From Chloroflexota bacterium (GTDB lineage Bacteria; Chloroflexota; Dehalococcoidia; Lucifugimonadales; UBA3495), in NCBI GenBank assembly GCA_027624135.1, contig JAQBXL010000001.1, positions 4,950 through 68,949 on the forward strand: DNA of 64,000 bases. Direction: 5' to 3'. This document shows, piece by piece, positions 56,325 through 64,000 of the stretch. Below the pieces are notes generated by a model. The model was given only the letters and a program-made list of their open reading frames with translations. It made no database searches and had not been told where the DNA came from. Positions within the stretch are counted from its first letter, which is position 1; each line of letters starts with the position of its first letter. Position numbers and translations under genes: made by a program.

Positions 56325-56438
56325 GATTCCCCCTTCCCCAGTCTCGCCGGGTGTAGGAAGTCATTCTACGGCTCGGCTTCTCGCGGTGTCAATTTGGCGC
56401 GGCCGTGCCCGGCGGCTGCCCATCTGCGGCTATAATGG

Positions 56439-57185
56439 ATGCCTATGTCTTCTGAAAGAATGGAACTCTTGGCGGCGGGCGCGGCACAACTTGGACTTTC
56501 ACTGTCCGACGGCCAGCTGGACCAGTTCGAGACCTACTTCCACGAGCTAACCGACTGGAACAAACGGGCCAATCTGACGGCCATCACCAGTTACGAAGAT
56601 GTGCAGGTCAAGCACTTCCTAGACTCGTTGACCGTGTGCTTAACAGCGCGCGAGGTTCTCGAAAGGTCAGCGACCGTGCCGACGCGGGTGATCGATGTGG
56701 GTGCCGGGGCGGGGCTGCCGGGCCTAGCCCTGAAACTGGCTTTTCCTAAGATAGAACTTGCCCTGGTGGAATCGGTGGCCAAGAAGACCGCGTTCCTGAA
56801 TCACATCGTGGCTCACCTTGGCTTGGAGGGAGTTTCCGTCCACACCGGCCGCGCCGAAGACCTGGCCCGTGACAAGGACCTGAGGGATGCCTTTGACCTG
56901 GTGGTGGTGCGGGCCTTGGCCAAGCTGCCGCTGCTGTTGGAGTTCTCATTGCCTTTCTGCAAGACCGGCGGCAGGTTGATCGCTTTGAAGCACGGCGGCG
57001 ACTGGACAGAACAGGAATCGGCTGCCAATGCCCTCGCGGAGCTGGGGGGGCATATAGAAAGAGTGTCCACGGTGGTGATCGAGGGGCTGACCGATGACCG
57101 GGTGGTCATCTCAATCGCAAAAACCAAGCCAACCCCAGCGCGCTATCCCCGAACGGTCGGGATCCCGGGCAAGCGACCGCTGTAA
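56439..57185 (+). CDS. rsmG: 16S rRNA (guanine527-N7)-methyltransferase RsmG
   Basis: WNKRANLTAI, KHFLDSL, DVGAGAGLPGL, VESVAKKTAFL, RAEDL. Confidence 0.9.
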   Translation: MPMSSERMELLAAGAAQLGLSLSDGQLDQFETYFHELTDWNKRANLTAITSYEDVQVKHFLDSLTVCLTAREVLERSATVPTRVIDVGAGAGLPGLALKLAFPKIELALVESVAKKTAFLNHIVAHLGLEGVSVHTGRAEDLARDKDLRDAFDLVVVRALAKLPLLLEFSLPFCKTGGRLIALKHGGDWTEQESAANALAELGGHIERVSTVVIEGLTDDRVVISIAKTKPTPARYPRTVGIPGKRPL

Positions 57186-57211
57186 CTGCAAGTGGAGCGA
57201 TAGTTGGGCAT

Positions 57212-57245
57212 AAAAAAGAGGCCTCCGGATATCGGAGGCCCCTTT
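57212..57245. terminator. bidirectional intrinsic terminator between rsmG and the protease gene
   Basis: AAAAAA-GA-GGCCTCCG(57220-57227)-GATAT-CGGAGGCC(57233-57240)-CCTTTCG. On the minus strand the stem is followed by TCTTTTTT. Confidence 0.7.
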
Positions 57246-57265
57246 CGTTAGCGTTGTTGGTGAGT

Positions 57266-58022
57266 TTAGTTGGCCCAGAATACGTGGGTCAATTCCTTGC
57301 TGCCGTTGCCCAAGTCCAGCTCGAACATGTTGGGGCGGCCTTCTCCGTCGGAGCCTATGGCTTTGCCCCATTCACTGTTTCGCCGTCCAGGAGGGCCACC
57401 GCCTTCAGGGGGGCCACTGCCACCAGTGTCTCCGGTATCAAAATGTGAGTAAATTTCCTTTAATAGTTCATAGTCGTGGTCATTTGGATACTGGTTTATC
57501 TCAGGTTTGCTCGTATAGTCTATGCAGGAGCCAAGATTGGCATTGCCAAGGTCCTCATCTTGGTGCCCAAGACCGAATTCGTGACCGATCTCTTGGCACA
57601 TCACCAAATTCCGCCACTCAGTTGTGTTGTATGTCGGGTCATCAAAATAGGTATCGTTTAACTTCACATATCCCTTGGTGATATGTCCGCCCGAGACCGA
57701 GATTCCAGCAAGGCCGAGCCAACCGTTGGCGCCGTATGCGCCACTGCAGACGTCTACTTGGCCGTCTGTTGGCTTGCACGTCTTAACATTGGTACTCCCC
57801 GAAACCTTAGTAAGTTTAAGCACCGATGACACATTCCAAACTGTGATGGCCGTGTTTAAATGTTCATCCCATGAACCGGAAACGTTGTCCGCTATATTAA
57901 GTTGCAATAGATTATCTGAACGCTCCCAGTGGTAAGCTGGGTTACCCTAGGAGTGGCTCGCGCTTGCTACGAGCGGCAGCGGCTAGTGCTATCAGCACTA
58001 TTGGGATTCGAATCTTTTTCAT
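57266..58022 (-). pseudogene. secreted metzincin-like zinc metalloprotease with its signal peptide in a different frame (+1 break at 57942-57947)
   Basis: AGAGGT then ATG 58022 gives MKKIRIPIVLIALAAAARSKREPLLG(TAA). The catalytic-domain frame opens at 57946 (GNPAYHWERS...). The motif reads QEIGHEFGLGH, where metzincins have HExxHxxGxxH. Confidence 0.6.
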
Positions 58023-58252
58023 ACTTTTACCTCTAATCTAATGACGTCGACCCTGAATTTTCAGCCGGTTTATGACTTTCAATATAATCTGTTACAGCCA
58101 TTATTGATCATCCGGCCATGCTGATTCAAGGGCGCTGCCCGGATTCCTGCAACCCCAACCAGGATTGCAGGGTAATCCCTGCCCGTATATGATTTACGAG
58201 GCCTGCCGTGGCAGGCATGCAGAGGACACAACTTTATCTCAGAGTGTGCATT

Positions 58253-59194
58253 ATGTCAACGATGGTCACCGGCGGCACCGGCTTCATCGGCAACAGGATC
58301 ATCCGCAAGCTATTGGACCGGGGCGAAGAGGTCGTCTGTTTCGACCTGGCGCCGCCCAGAGCCAACTTGGAGCCCTATCTAGACCGGATTAAGATGTACC
58401 GGGGCGACGTTACCCAGATGCCCCACCTGCTTGAGGCCATCAATACCAACCAGGTGCACAAGATCATCCACATGGCGGCCCTGCTGCCCCCGGACACCGA
58501 GGACCGGCACCATTACGCCATGCAGGTCAACATCGGCGGCACCAACAACGTCTTCGAAGCGGCCCGTTGGACCGGCGTCGAGCGGGTGGTCTATGCAAGC
58601 TCCATCGCTGTCTACGGCGTGCAGGACACATTCGGAAACCGCCCAATAAATGAAGACGATCTGAACGACCCGATCAACGTCTACGGCATGACCAAGTCGG
58701 TCAACGATTTCTCGGCAAAACGTTACATCGACCGGCACGGCCTGGATCTGGTCGGCGTGCGCATCTGCACGGTGTTCGGCCACGGAAGGGTGACCGGTAT
58801 GACTGGCATGATCGGCGGACTATTGATGTCGCTTCCGGCCATTGGGAAGCCCGTGAGCATGCCCTTCCACCAGGACGAACCATCTCCCATGATCCACGCT
58901 GAGGACGCCGCGGAGATATTTGTCCGGGCCGCCCTTGCCGAGAAGCTGAACCACCGGGTCTATATCAGTGGGGGCAGCATGTGCACCATCAAAGAGATGG
59001 CCGACCTGGTGCGCGACATAATCCCCGACGCGCAGATCAGCACCGGGGACCAACTGGTGCCCCATGTGTATAACGTGGACAATAGCCGCATGCTGGCCGA
59101 CATCGGCTACGAGATCGCGCCCCTGCGGCAGCGCATACTGGAACATATCAACGATGCCCGCGCCGAGGCCGGCATGGATGCCCTCAGCGGCTAG
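58253..59194 (+). CDS. NAD-dependent epimerase/dehydratase (extended SDR)
   Basis: VTGGTGFIG at the N-terminus from ATG 58253. YGMTK (YxxxK). Confidence 0.85.
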   Translation: MSTMVTGGTGFIGNRIIRKLLDRGEEVVCFDLAPPRANLEPYLDRIKMYRGDVTQMPHLLEAINTNQVHKIIHMAALLPPDTEDRHHYAMQVNIGGTNNVFEAARWTGVERVVYASSIAVYGVQDTFGNRPINEDDLNDPINVYGMTKSVNDFSAKRYIDRHGLDLVGVRICTVFGHGRVTGMTGMIGGLLMSLPAIGKPVSMPFHQDEPSPMIHAEDAAEIFVRAALAEKLNHRVYISGGSMCTIKEMADLVRDIIPDAQISTGDQLVPHVYNVDNSRMLADIGYEIAPLRQRILEHINDARAEAGMDALSG

Positions 59195-59299
59195 TATTCG
59201 CTCCATCCAAGCTGACTTGTTTGGGTTATAATTGACTGTGATTCAGTCGCCGGCTGCCGACGAGACTAAAGGCGTGCCGAGAGAGACCAGAGAGATAAA

Positions 59300-60229
59300 A
59301 TGAGTATCGCCATCGGTTATATGCCAGGAGCCTACGGAGAGGGAGGCGAAGACCACAGCTACCTTAGGAAATTGGTGGAGGTCGGTGACAAACACGGATA
59401 CGACTCCCTGTGGCTCAGCGACCGCATCGTTGGCGAGAAATTCAGCCTGGAACCGATGATGGCCTGCTCCATGGTCACTGCGTTTTCAGACCGCCTGAAG
59501 GTTGGCACCAGTGTGCTGGCCATGCCCCTCCGCAACCCTGTGGTGCTAGCCAAGCAGATCGCGACTCTGGATTACCTTTCCCAGGGTCGGTTCTTCCCTG
59601 CGGTCGGATTGGGCCAAGAAGAACCCGAAGAGTACGAGGCTTGCGGGGTTAGCAAAGAACGGCGCGGCCCCCGGACTGACGAGGCGATCGAGCTGATGCG
59701 CCGATTGTGGCAGGAAGAAGATGTCACCCACGAAGGTGAGTTCTTTAATTGTCATAACGTGACGGTTACGCCCAAGCCTTTCTTGCAGCCATCGACCCCG
59801 GTCTGGATCGGAGGAAGGTCCCCCGCCGCCGCACGCCGCGTTGGGCGTGTCGGAGACGGTTGGTTGGTCTCCAGCGCCACGCCCGAGGAAGTGAAAGAAG
59901 GATGTAGCATCCTTTTCGAAACAGCCAACGAGTACAACCGTGAGATAGAGGATGACCACGTTGGTGTCTTGATGGGCTACTACGTCTCTGCCGACGTTGC
60001 GGAAGGCACTGAGAAAGCCGAACGGTTCATCACCCGCGCCCGCCCCGACGCTCATTTCACTGAGTTCACCGCCGTCGGTCCAGTGGAAAAGGTGGCGGAA
60101 TACATCCAGAATTACATCGATGCCGGCGGCTCCAAGTTCGTCATGCGTCCGATGTGCTCCGCTGACGAGAGCATGGAGCAACTGGATATCCTCGGCGAAG
60201 AATTGCTGCCCCAGTTCCACAAGAAGTAG
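59300..60229 (+). CDS. LLM-class flavin/F420-dependent oxidoreductase
   Basis: YDSLWLSDR, LDYLSQGRF..AVGLG, PVWIGG, and C-terminal ELLPQF. Confidence 0.85.
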   Translation: MSIAIGYMPGAYGEGGEDHSYLRKLVEVGDKHGYDSLWLSDRIVGEKFSLEPMMACSMVTAFSDRLKVGTSVLAMPLRNPVVLAKQIATLDYLSQGRFFPAVGLGQEEPEEYEACGVSKERRGPRTDEAIELMRRLWQEEDVTHEGEFFNCHNVTVTPKPFLQPSTPVWIGGRSPAAARRVGRVGDGWLVSSATPEEVKEGCSILFETANEYNREIEDDHVGVLMGYYVSADVAEGTEKAERFITRARPDAHFTEFTAVGPVEKVAEYIQNYIDAGGSKFVMRPMCSADESMEQLDILGEELLPQFHKK

Positions 60230-60309
60230 AACTATCTAACAGGCAATTTGGGTCGTCTTATTCCCATAACTCCGTGGTTCTTGGCATTGAGTTATGAATT
60301 AGCGGCGCT

Positions 60310-60696
60310 ATGAAATTCTCCAAGCTTTACGCCATTGCCGCTCTCTCTGGAATAATCGGGGCCGTAGCGGGGGCGTTCGGGGGCGGGATAATTGCCGCCT
60401 CTCGCTGTGACGGAGGACTGGAATGTTTGGGCATAGCATTCTTGGGCGTGGGATTAGGGGCAATATTGGTGGAATCATGCGCCCTGTCTTTGTCGGCACA
60501 TATCGGGAATCAAGGCCGCGGCAATCTACTGTTGACCTTCGTGCCAACGGTGATTCTGGCTGTGCCCATACCAATCCTGCTATTGCCCGGCTTCACCGCT
60601 GTATTAGCGATACCTCTGTTCCTGTTCCAGACGTGGGTCTGCGTGAAGGTACAGCTCGCGACTACTGGCAAAAGAAGGGTGCGCCGAAAGACTTAA
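60310..60696 (+). CDS. hypothetical membrane protein
   Basis: 128 aa, four hydrophobic G/A/L-rich segments, basic C-terminus. No recognisable family. Confidence 0.45.
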   Translation: MKFSKLYAIAALSGIIGAVAGAFGGGIIAASRCDGGLECLGIAFLGVGLGAILVESCALSLSAHIGNQGRGNLLLTFVPTVILAVPIPILLLPGFTAVLAIPLFLFQTWVCVKVQLATTGKRRVRRKT

Positions 60697-60705
60697 GATG
60701 TCCCC

Positions 60706-62436
60706 TTAGGGCCGGCCGGGGGAGCGTCGCCGAGGTTTTCCGGGCTGGGCCGGCCAGGAGCGGTTCGACGGAGCGCCTGCCTTTGGAGACCTGGCTATTC
60801 CGTCAGGGGAGCCATTCCGCGACGTTTTTCCCAATAGTTGCCCCGCGCGCTGCCCCTCCGAAGAGCCAGTCTTCGTTGTCCTGCCCAGAAGCTGACCAGC
60901 TCGTCGCCCCTGCCCTGGACCGGTCTGAGGCTCCCTACCCAAGAGCGACCCTGAGCGCCTCGGTTTCGGGGAGCCTGTTCCGGACGTTGCGCTTGATGGC
61001 TGGTCCGTGCGCCGCCCACCTGAAGAACCCGCTTCGGGTGTTCTACCCACCGGCTGCTCTGCGCGTCGGCCACCTGAAGAACCCGCTTCGGGTGTTCTAC
61101 CCACCGGCTGCTCTGAACGTCGTCCATCTGAAGAACCTGCTCGGGAGATGCTGCTGGCCAGTTGATTCGCGCGTTGGCCATTATTCGAAGAGCCATTGCC
61201 ACGATACTTGGACTGACCGTTCCCGGGCCTGCTATTGCCACCATTCTGCCGTTGCCCGCCACCGCGCTGTCCGGGACGACCTTCTGGGAACTGCTCTTCC
61301 GGCATGAAATTATTACCATAGTCGAAACCGGGCAGGCGACGCCGCTCAATCTTCGCACCCAGATCCTTTTCAATCTCCCGGACCATCGAACTGTCTTCTG
61401 CGCAGGCAAGGGTGAATGCCTCGCCGCTCTGTTCGGCCCGGCCTGTGCGCCCGATACGGTGGGTATAGGTATCGGAAGTGTTGGGGAAATCGAAATTGAT
61501 CACGTGGGATATCTCTGGGACGTCGATGCCATGGGCGGCGATGTCAGTGGCCACCAGGATGTCGAACTTGCCGGCGCGGAAGCCGTCCATCGCCCGTTGG
61601 CGGGCGCTTTGAGACATGTTTCCCTGAAGCGCGTCCACCCGGAAAGATTTCTTGGCCAACTCCAAAGCCAGGCTTCGAGCCCGGTGCTTGGTGCGGGTAA
61701 AGATCAGGGCCCGGCCCGTGGGGGTTTGTTGCAGCAGGGCCAGCAACAAGTCCTTCTTAAATTTATCCGGAACCGGGTAAAGGGAGTGTGACACGGTCTT
61801 GGCCGGGGCGATGGCTCCGATCTGGACCATCTCGGGGTCCTTCAGTATACTGACCGCCAAAGACCGGATCTCGGTGGGCATGGTAGCCGAGAAGAAAAGC
61901 GTTTGCCTCTTCTCTGGGACACGGGCCAAGATACGGCGAACGTCGGGCAGGAAGCCCATGTCGCACATGGTATCGGCTTCGTCCAGGACCAACACCTCAA
62001 CGCCCGACAGGTCGATATCCTTCTGATCGACGTGGTCCAGCAACCGGCCGGGACAGGCGATCACCACCTGAGCCCCACGGCGCACACCGGCTAATTGCGG
62101 GCCTTTGGAAACGCCACCGTAGATAGAGATGCTCTTTATGCGGAGGTGTTTGCCTAGATCGTTAAAGGTCTGGTGAATCTGTTCGGCCAACTCGCGGGTC
62201 GGGGCAAGCACCAAACATCGAACGCCTTTCTTGGGCGGTGTGGAAGCCAGATGATGCAGGATGGGGAGAGCAAAAGCAGCGGTTTTGCCGGTGCCGGTCT
62301 GGGCCAATCCCATAACGTCTCGCCCTGCCATGGCGACGGGGATTGCTTGCTGCTGGATGGGGGTGGGCTGGGTGAATCCGACGGATTCGACCCCAGCTAA
62401 GACCTGGGGATGCAGGGAAAATTGTTGGAAACTCAC
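60706..62436 (-). CDS. DEAD-box ATP-dependent RNA helicase with long R/G/S/P-rich repetitive C-terminal tail
   Basis: Q-motif, AQTGTGKT, PTRELA, DEAD, SAT, HRIGRTGR. About 190 aa low-complexity tail. Confidence 0.9.
   Translation of the reverse strand: MSFQQFSLHPQVLAGVESVGFTQPTPIQQQAIPVAMAGRDVMGLAQTGTGKTAAFALPILHHLASTPPKKGVRCLVLAPTRELAEQIHQTFNDLGKHLRIKSISIYGGVSKGPQLAGVRRGAQVVIACPGRLLDHVDQKDIDLSGVEVLVLDEADTMCDMGFLPDVRRILARVPEKRQTLFFSATMPTEIRSLAVSILKDPEMVQIGAIAPAKTVSHSLYPVPDKFKKDLLLALLQQTPTGRALIFTRTKHRARSLALELAKKSFRVDALQGNMSQSARQRAMDGFRAGKFDILVATDIAAHGIDVPEISHVINFDFPNTSDTYTHRIGRTGRAEQSGEAFTLACAEDSSMVREIEKDLGAKIERRRLPGFDYGNNFMPEEQFPEGRPGQRGGGQRQNGGNSRPGNGQSKYRGNGSSNNGQRANQLASSISRAGSSDGRRSEQPVGRTPEAGSSGGRRAEQPVGRTPEAGSSGGRRTDQPSSATSGTGSPKPRRSGSLLGREPQTGPGQGRRAGQLLGRTTKTGSSEGQRAGQLLGKTSRNGSPDGIARSPKAGAPSNRSWPAQPGKPRRRSPGRP
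61036..61165. repeat. intragenic 54-bp tandem repeat (about 2.4 copies) in the helicase tail
   Basis: CCACCTGAAGAACCCGCTTCGGGTGTTCTACCCACCGGCTGCTCTG at 61036 and 61090, with a degenerate third copy. Encodes RR(S/A)EQPVGRTPEAGSSGG units. Confidence 0.8.
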
Positions 62437-62699
62437 AGAGAGGGTCTACTCCTTGACTGCGTTACCGAGCCAAGTCACACTCTCAGTCCCATGGTTACGC
62501 TCAATCTTGTCTTACGGCGATGCCGCAGATAATTGCTGTAACCAGTATAGCAGTTTATCCGGCGTTCTGGCATGCCTTATCATCCCAAGGCTCGGCTGAT
62601 GCGGCTGATATTGAAGATTGCCCTGGCTTTGAGTGCCCAATTTGGCTGATTGAGTGTTAATATCTACTTCGGCAACATAACTCCCTCGGAGGCAAGGCA

Positions 62700-63731
62700 T
62701 TGGCATACTACGTCTACGTTTCCATCCAGGAAGAAGACCGGATCGCAATCTTCGCCATGACCCCTAAGACCGGCAAGTTGAAGCATCAAGGGGATGTGGA
62801 GCTAAAAGGACGCCCTGCTCCTTTGGCGATGGATCCAAATGGTAATTACCTTTTCGCTGGCCGCCGCAAAGCAGATGAATACGGAATGTCCAGCTTCAGG
62901 GTCGACCGCAAGAGCGGTGGGCTCACCCCGATTGGCGAGATTCCGCTCAAGGGTGACCCGGTTCACATGTCCACCGATAAGACCGGCAAGTTCTTGTTGT
63001 CGGCCTACTACTACCAGAAGGCCGTCGCGGTCCACAGCATCGGCGATGACGGCGCAATCGCTGACCCACCTGTGGTCTGGCGGGAGACTGACTTCGGCGC
63101 CCATTACATCCAGAGCGACCGAGCCAACAGGTACGCCTTCGTTCCGCATATCGCGAACGGATCACTGAAGGGCGCAAATGCAATCTTCCAGTTCCGGTTT
63201 GACGCCGTTTCCGGGTCACTCACGCCGCTTTCTCCGTCCCGGACCAACCCCCGGGAACTGGAAGGCCCCCGTCATATGTGTTTCCACCCCAGCAAAGACA
63301 TCGTCTATTCGTCCAATGAACAGGGCAACAGCGTAACCGTCTACGCCTACGATTCCGACAAGGGCAACCTTCATCCGATTCAAACAGTGTCCACGTTGCC
63401 CGAGGGTTACAACGGCAAGAATTCCTGTTCTCAGATCCAGATCACGCCGGACGGGAAATATCTCTACGCGCCCAACCGGGGTCACAATAGCATCGCCTGC
63501 TTCAAGGTGAACCCGAACAACGGCCAGATAGCGCCCATCGGCCACGCGCCCACAGAAGCGATCCCAAGGGCCTTTAGCATCGACCCTCAGGGTAGTTTCC
63601 TCTATGCCGCAGGGTTGGAGACGGGAAAGTTGGCCTCCTACCGAATCAACCAGGACAATGGGGAGTTGGAACCGATGGAGGTCTACGACGTGGGCAAAGG
63701 CCCAATGTGGGTCTTGATCGCCGATCTGTAG
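62700..63731 (+). CDS. lactonase-family 7-bladed beta-propeller protein (6-phosphogluconolactonase-like)
   Basis: YVYVS...IAIF, P..L..DP.G.YL repeats, and CFHPS/YAPNRGHNSIA blades. GGAGG lies 8 nt before the TTG start. Confidence 0.8.
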   Translation: MAYYVYVSIQEEDRIAIFAMTPKTGKLKHQGDVELKGRPAPLAMDPNGNYLFAGRRKADEYGMSSFRVDRKSGGLTPIGEIPLKGDPVHMSTDKTGKFLLSAYYYQKAVAVHSIGDDGAIADPPVVWRETDFGAHYIQSDRANRYAFVPHIANGSLKGANAIFQFRFDAVSGSLTPLSPSRTNPRELEGPRHMCFHPSKDIVYSSNEQGNSVTVYAYDSDKGNLHPIQTVSTLPEGYNGKNSCSQIQITPDGKYLYAPNRGHNSIACFKVNPNNGQIAPIGHAPTEAIPRAFSIDPQGSFLYAAGLETGKLASYRINQDNGELEPMEVYDVGKGPMWVLIADL

Positions 63732-63762
63732 CGCAGCTTATGGCAGAAATAGTGTCCGGGCC

Positions 63763-64000
63763 TTAGTGGGCCAGCCAGAGACGCAGTACACCATCGTCGC
63801 GTCCAACACCTAGTGTCAGGCCTCCATTGGAGTCTGCTGACGCTGCCAAGTTGGTGACAGCCTTTCCGCCTACTTCTGTCTGCCAGGCCGGCTCAATGCC
63901 ATCGGGGGTGCGGCGCAGGGCCGTAACTTCAGTGAAACGCTGATTGAAGACCACCAGCTCCGGCTGGCCGTCGCCGTCCAAGTCTCCTGCCAGACCCATG
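63763..64000 (-). CDS. FG-GAP/VCBS-repeat protein, C-terminal part (gene probably runs off the right edge)
   Basis: GDLDGDGQPELVV (FG-GAP calcium-binding-like motif) and GVGRDDGVLRLW. The ATG at 63999 may be internal. Confidence 0.55.
   Translation of the reverse strand, partial: MGLAGDLDGDGQPELVVFNQRFTEVTALRRTPDGIEPAWQTEVGGKAVTNLAASADSNGGLTLGVGRDDGVLRLWLAH

Noticed and set aside
58003-58014. GGGATTCGAATC, a tRNA T-arm-like string, noticed while searching for tRNA-Sec near selB and elsewhere
   Set aside because: It lies inside the signal-peptide coding sequence (KIRIP) and has no acceptor or anticodon arms around it. No tRNA, including selC, could be supported anywhere in the window.
60423-61307. 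294-aa plus-strand ORF overlapping the membrane-protein ORF and the helicase tail
   Set aside because: It is antisense to the DEAD-box helicase repeat tail. Its repetitive LKNPLRVFYPPAAL units are just the reverse reading of the 54-bp tandem repeat.

Overview
Dense, GC-rich chromosomal window with about 70 genes. All calls come from reading the translations and the DNA by eye; no searches were run. The gene content resembles an aerobic heterotrophic Chloroflexota (SAR202/Dehalococcoidia-like), but that is inference only. It includes many acyl-CoA dehydrogenase, crotonase, LLM, enolase-superfamily, NIPSNAP and cupin genes, SUOX-fold molybdoenzymes, and Cheo-type LexA boxes.

Main blocks, left to right:
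- selB 5' end, next to an AT-richer island of broken nuclease-like genes.
- hemW, a ChlI-like AAA+ ATPase, an SOS-boxed SplB-like radical SAM gene, and phoU.
- A radical SAM/SPASM gene with two PAP2_3 membrane paralogs.
- A long minus-strand run (21995 down to 10229): thiol dioxygenase, 4x rhodanese, two SUOX-like genes, cupin, MFS transporter, cyclase, Ham1-like, MoxR, VWA and an O-methyltransferase, with a divergent LysR regulator.
- padR-arsM, then an enolase-superfamily gene with two NIPSNAP genes.
- A DUF433/DUF5615 toxin-antitoxin pair, dodecin and pcrA.
- argJ-argB-UPF0182-argD-argG, with structured repeat elements around argG.
- Acyl-CoA metabolism genes, rsmG, a broken metzincin gene, and a DEAD-box helicase.

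Best candidate for something new: two tandem paralogous plus-strand ORFs at 52325-53072 that the ORF track misses. Each has an in-frame TGA at the same aligned position, followed by a SECIS-like hairpin. They look like IscA/HesB-fold selenoproteins, which fits the selB gene in this window.

Other leads:
- Three LexA-type boxes in front of a small Cys4+HTH protein.
- A Cys-rich micro-ORF just after the radical SAM/SPASM gene.
- A Cys-rich PadR regulator upstream of arsM.
- A cytoplasmic organosulfur-oxidation cluster.
- Several families of nested-palindrome or tandem intergenic repeats.
- Several frame-broken genes.

No rRNA, tRNA, CRISPR array or intact transposase was seen.
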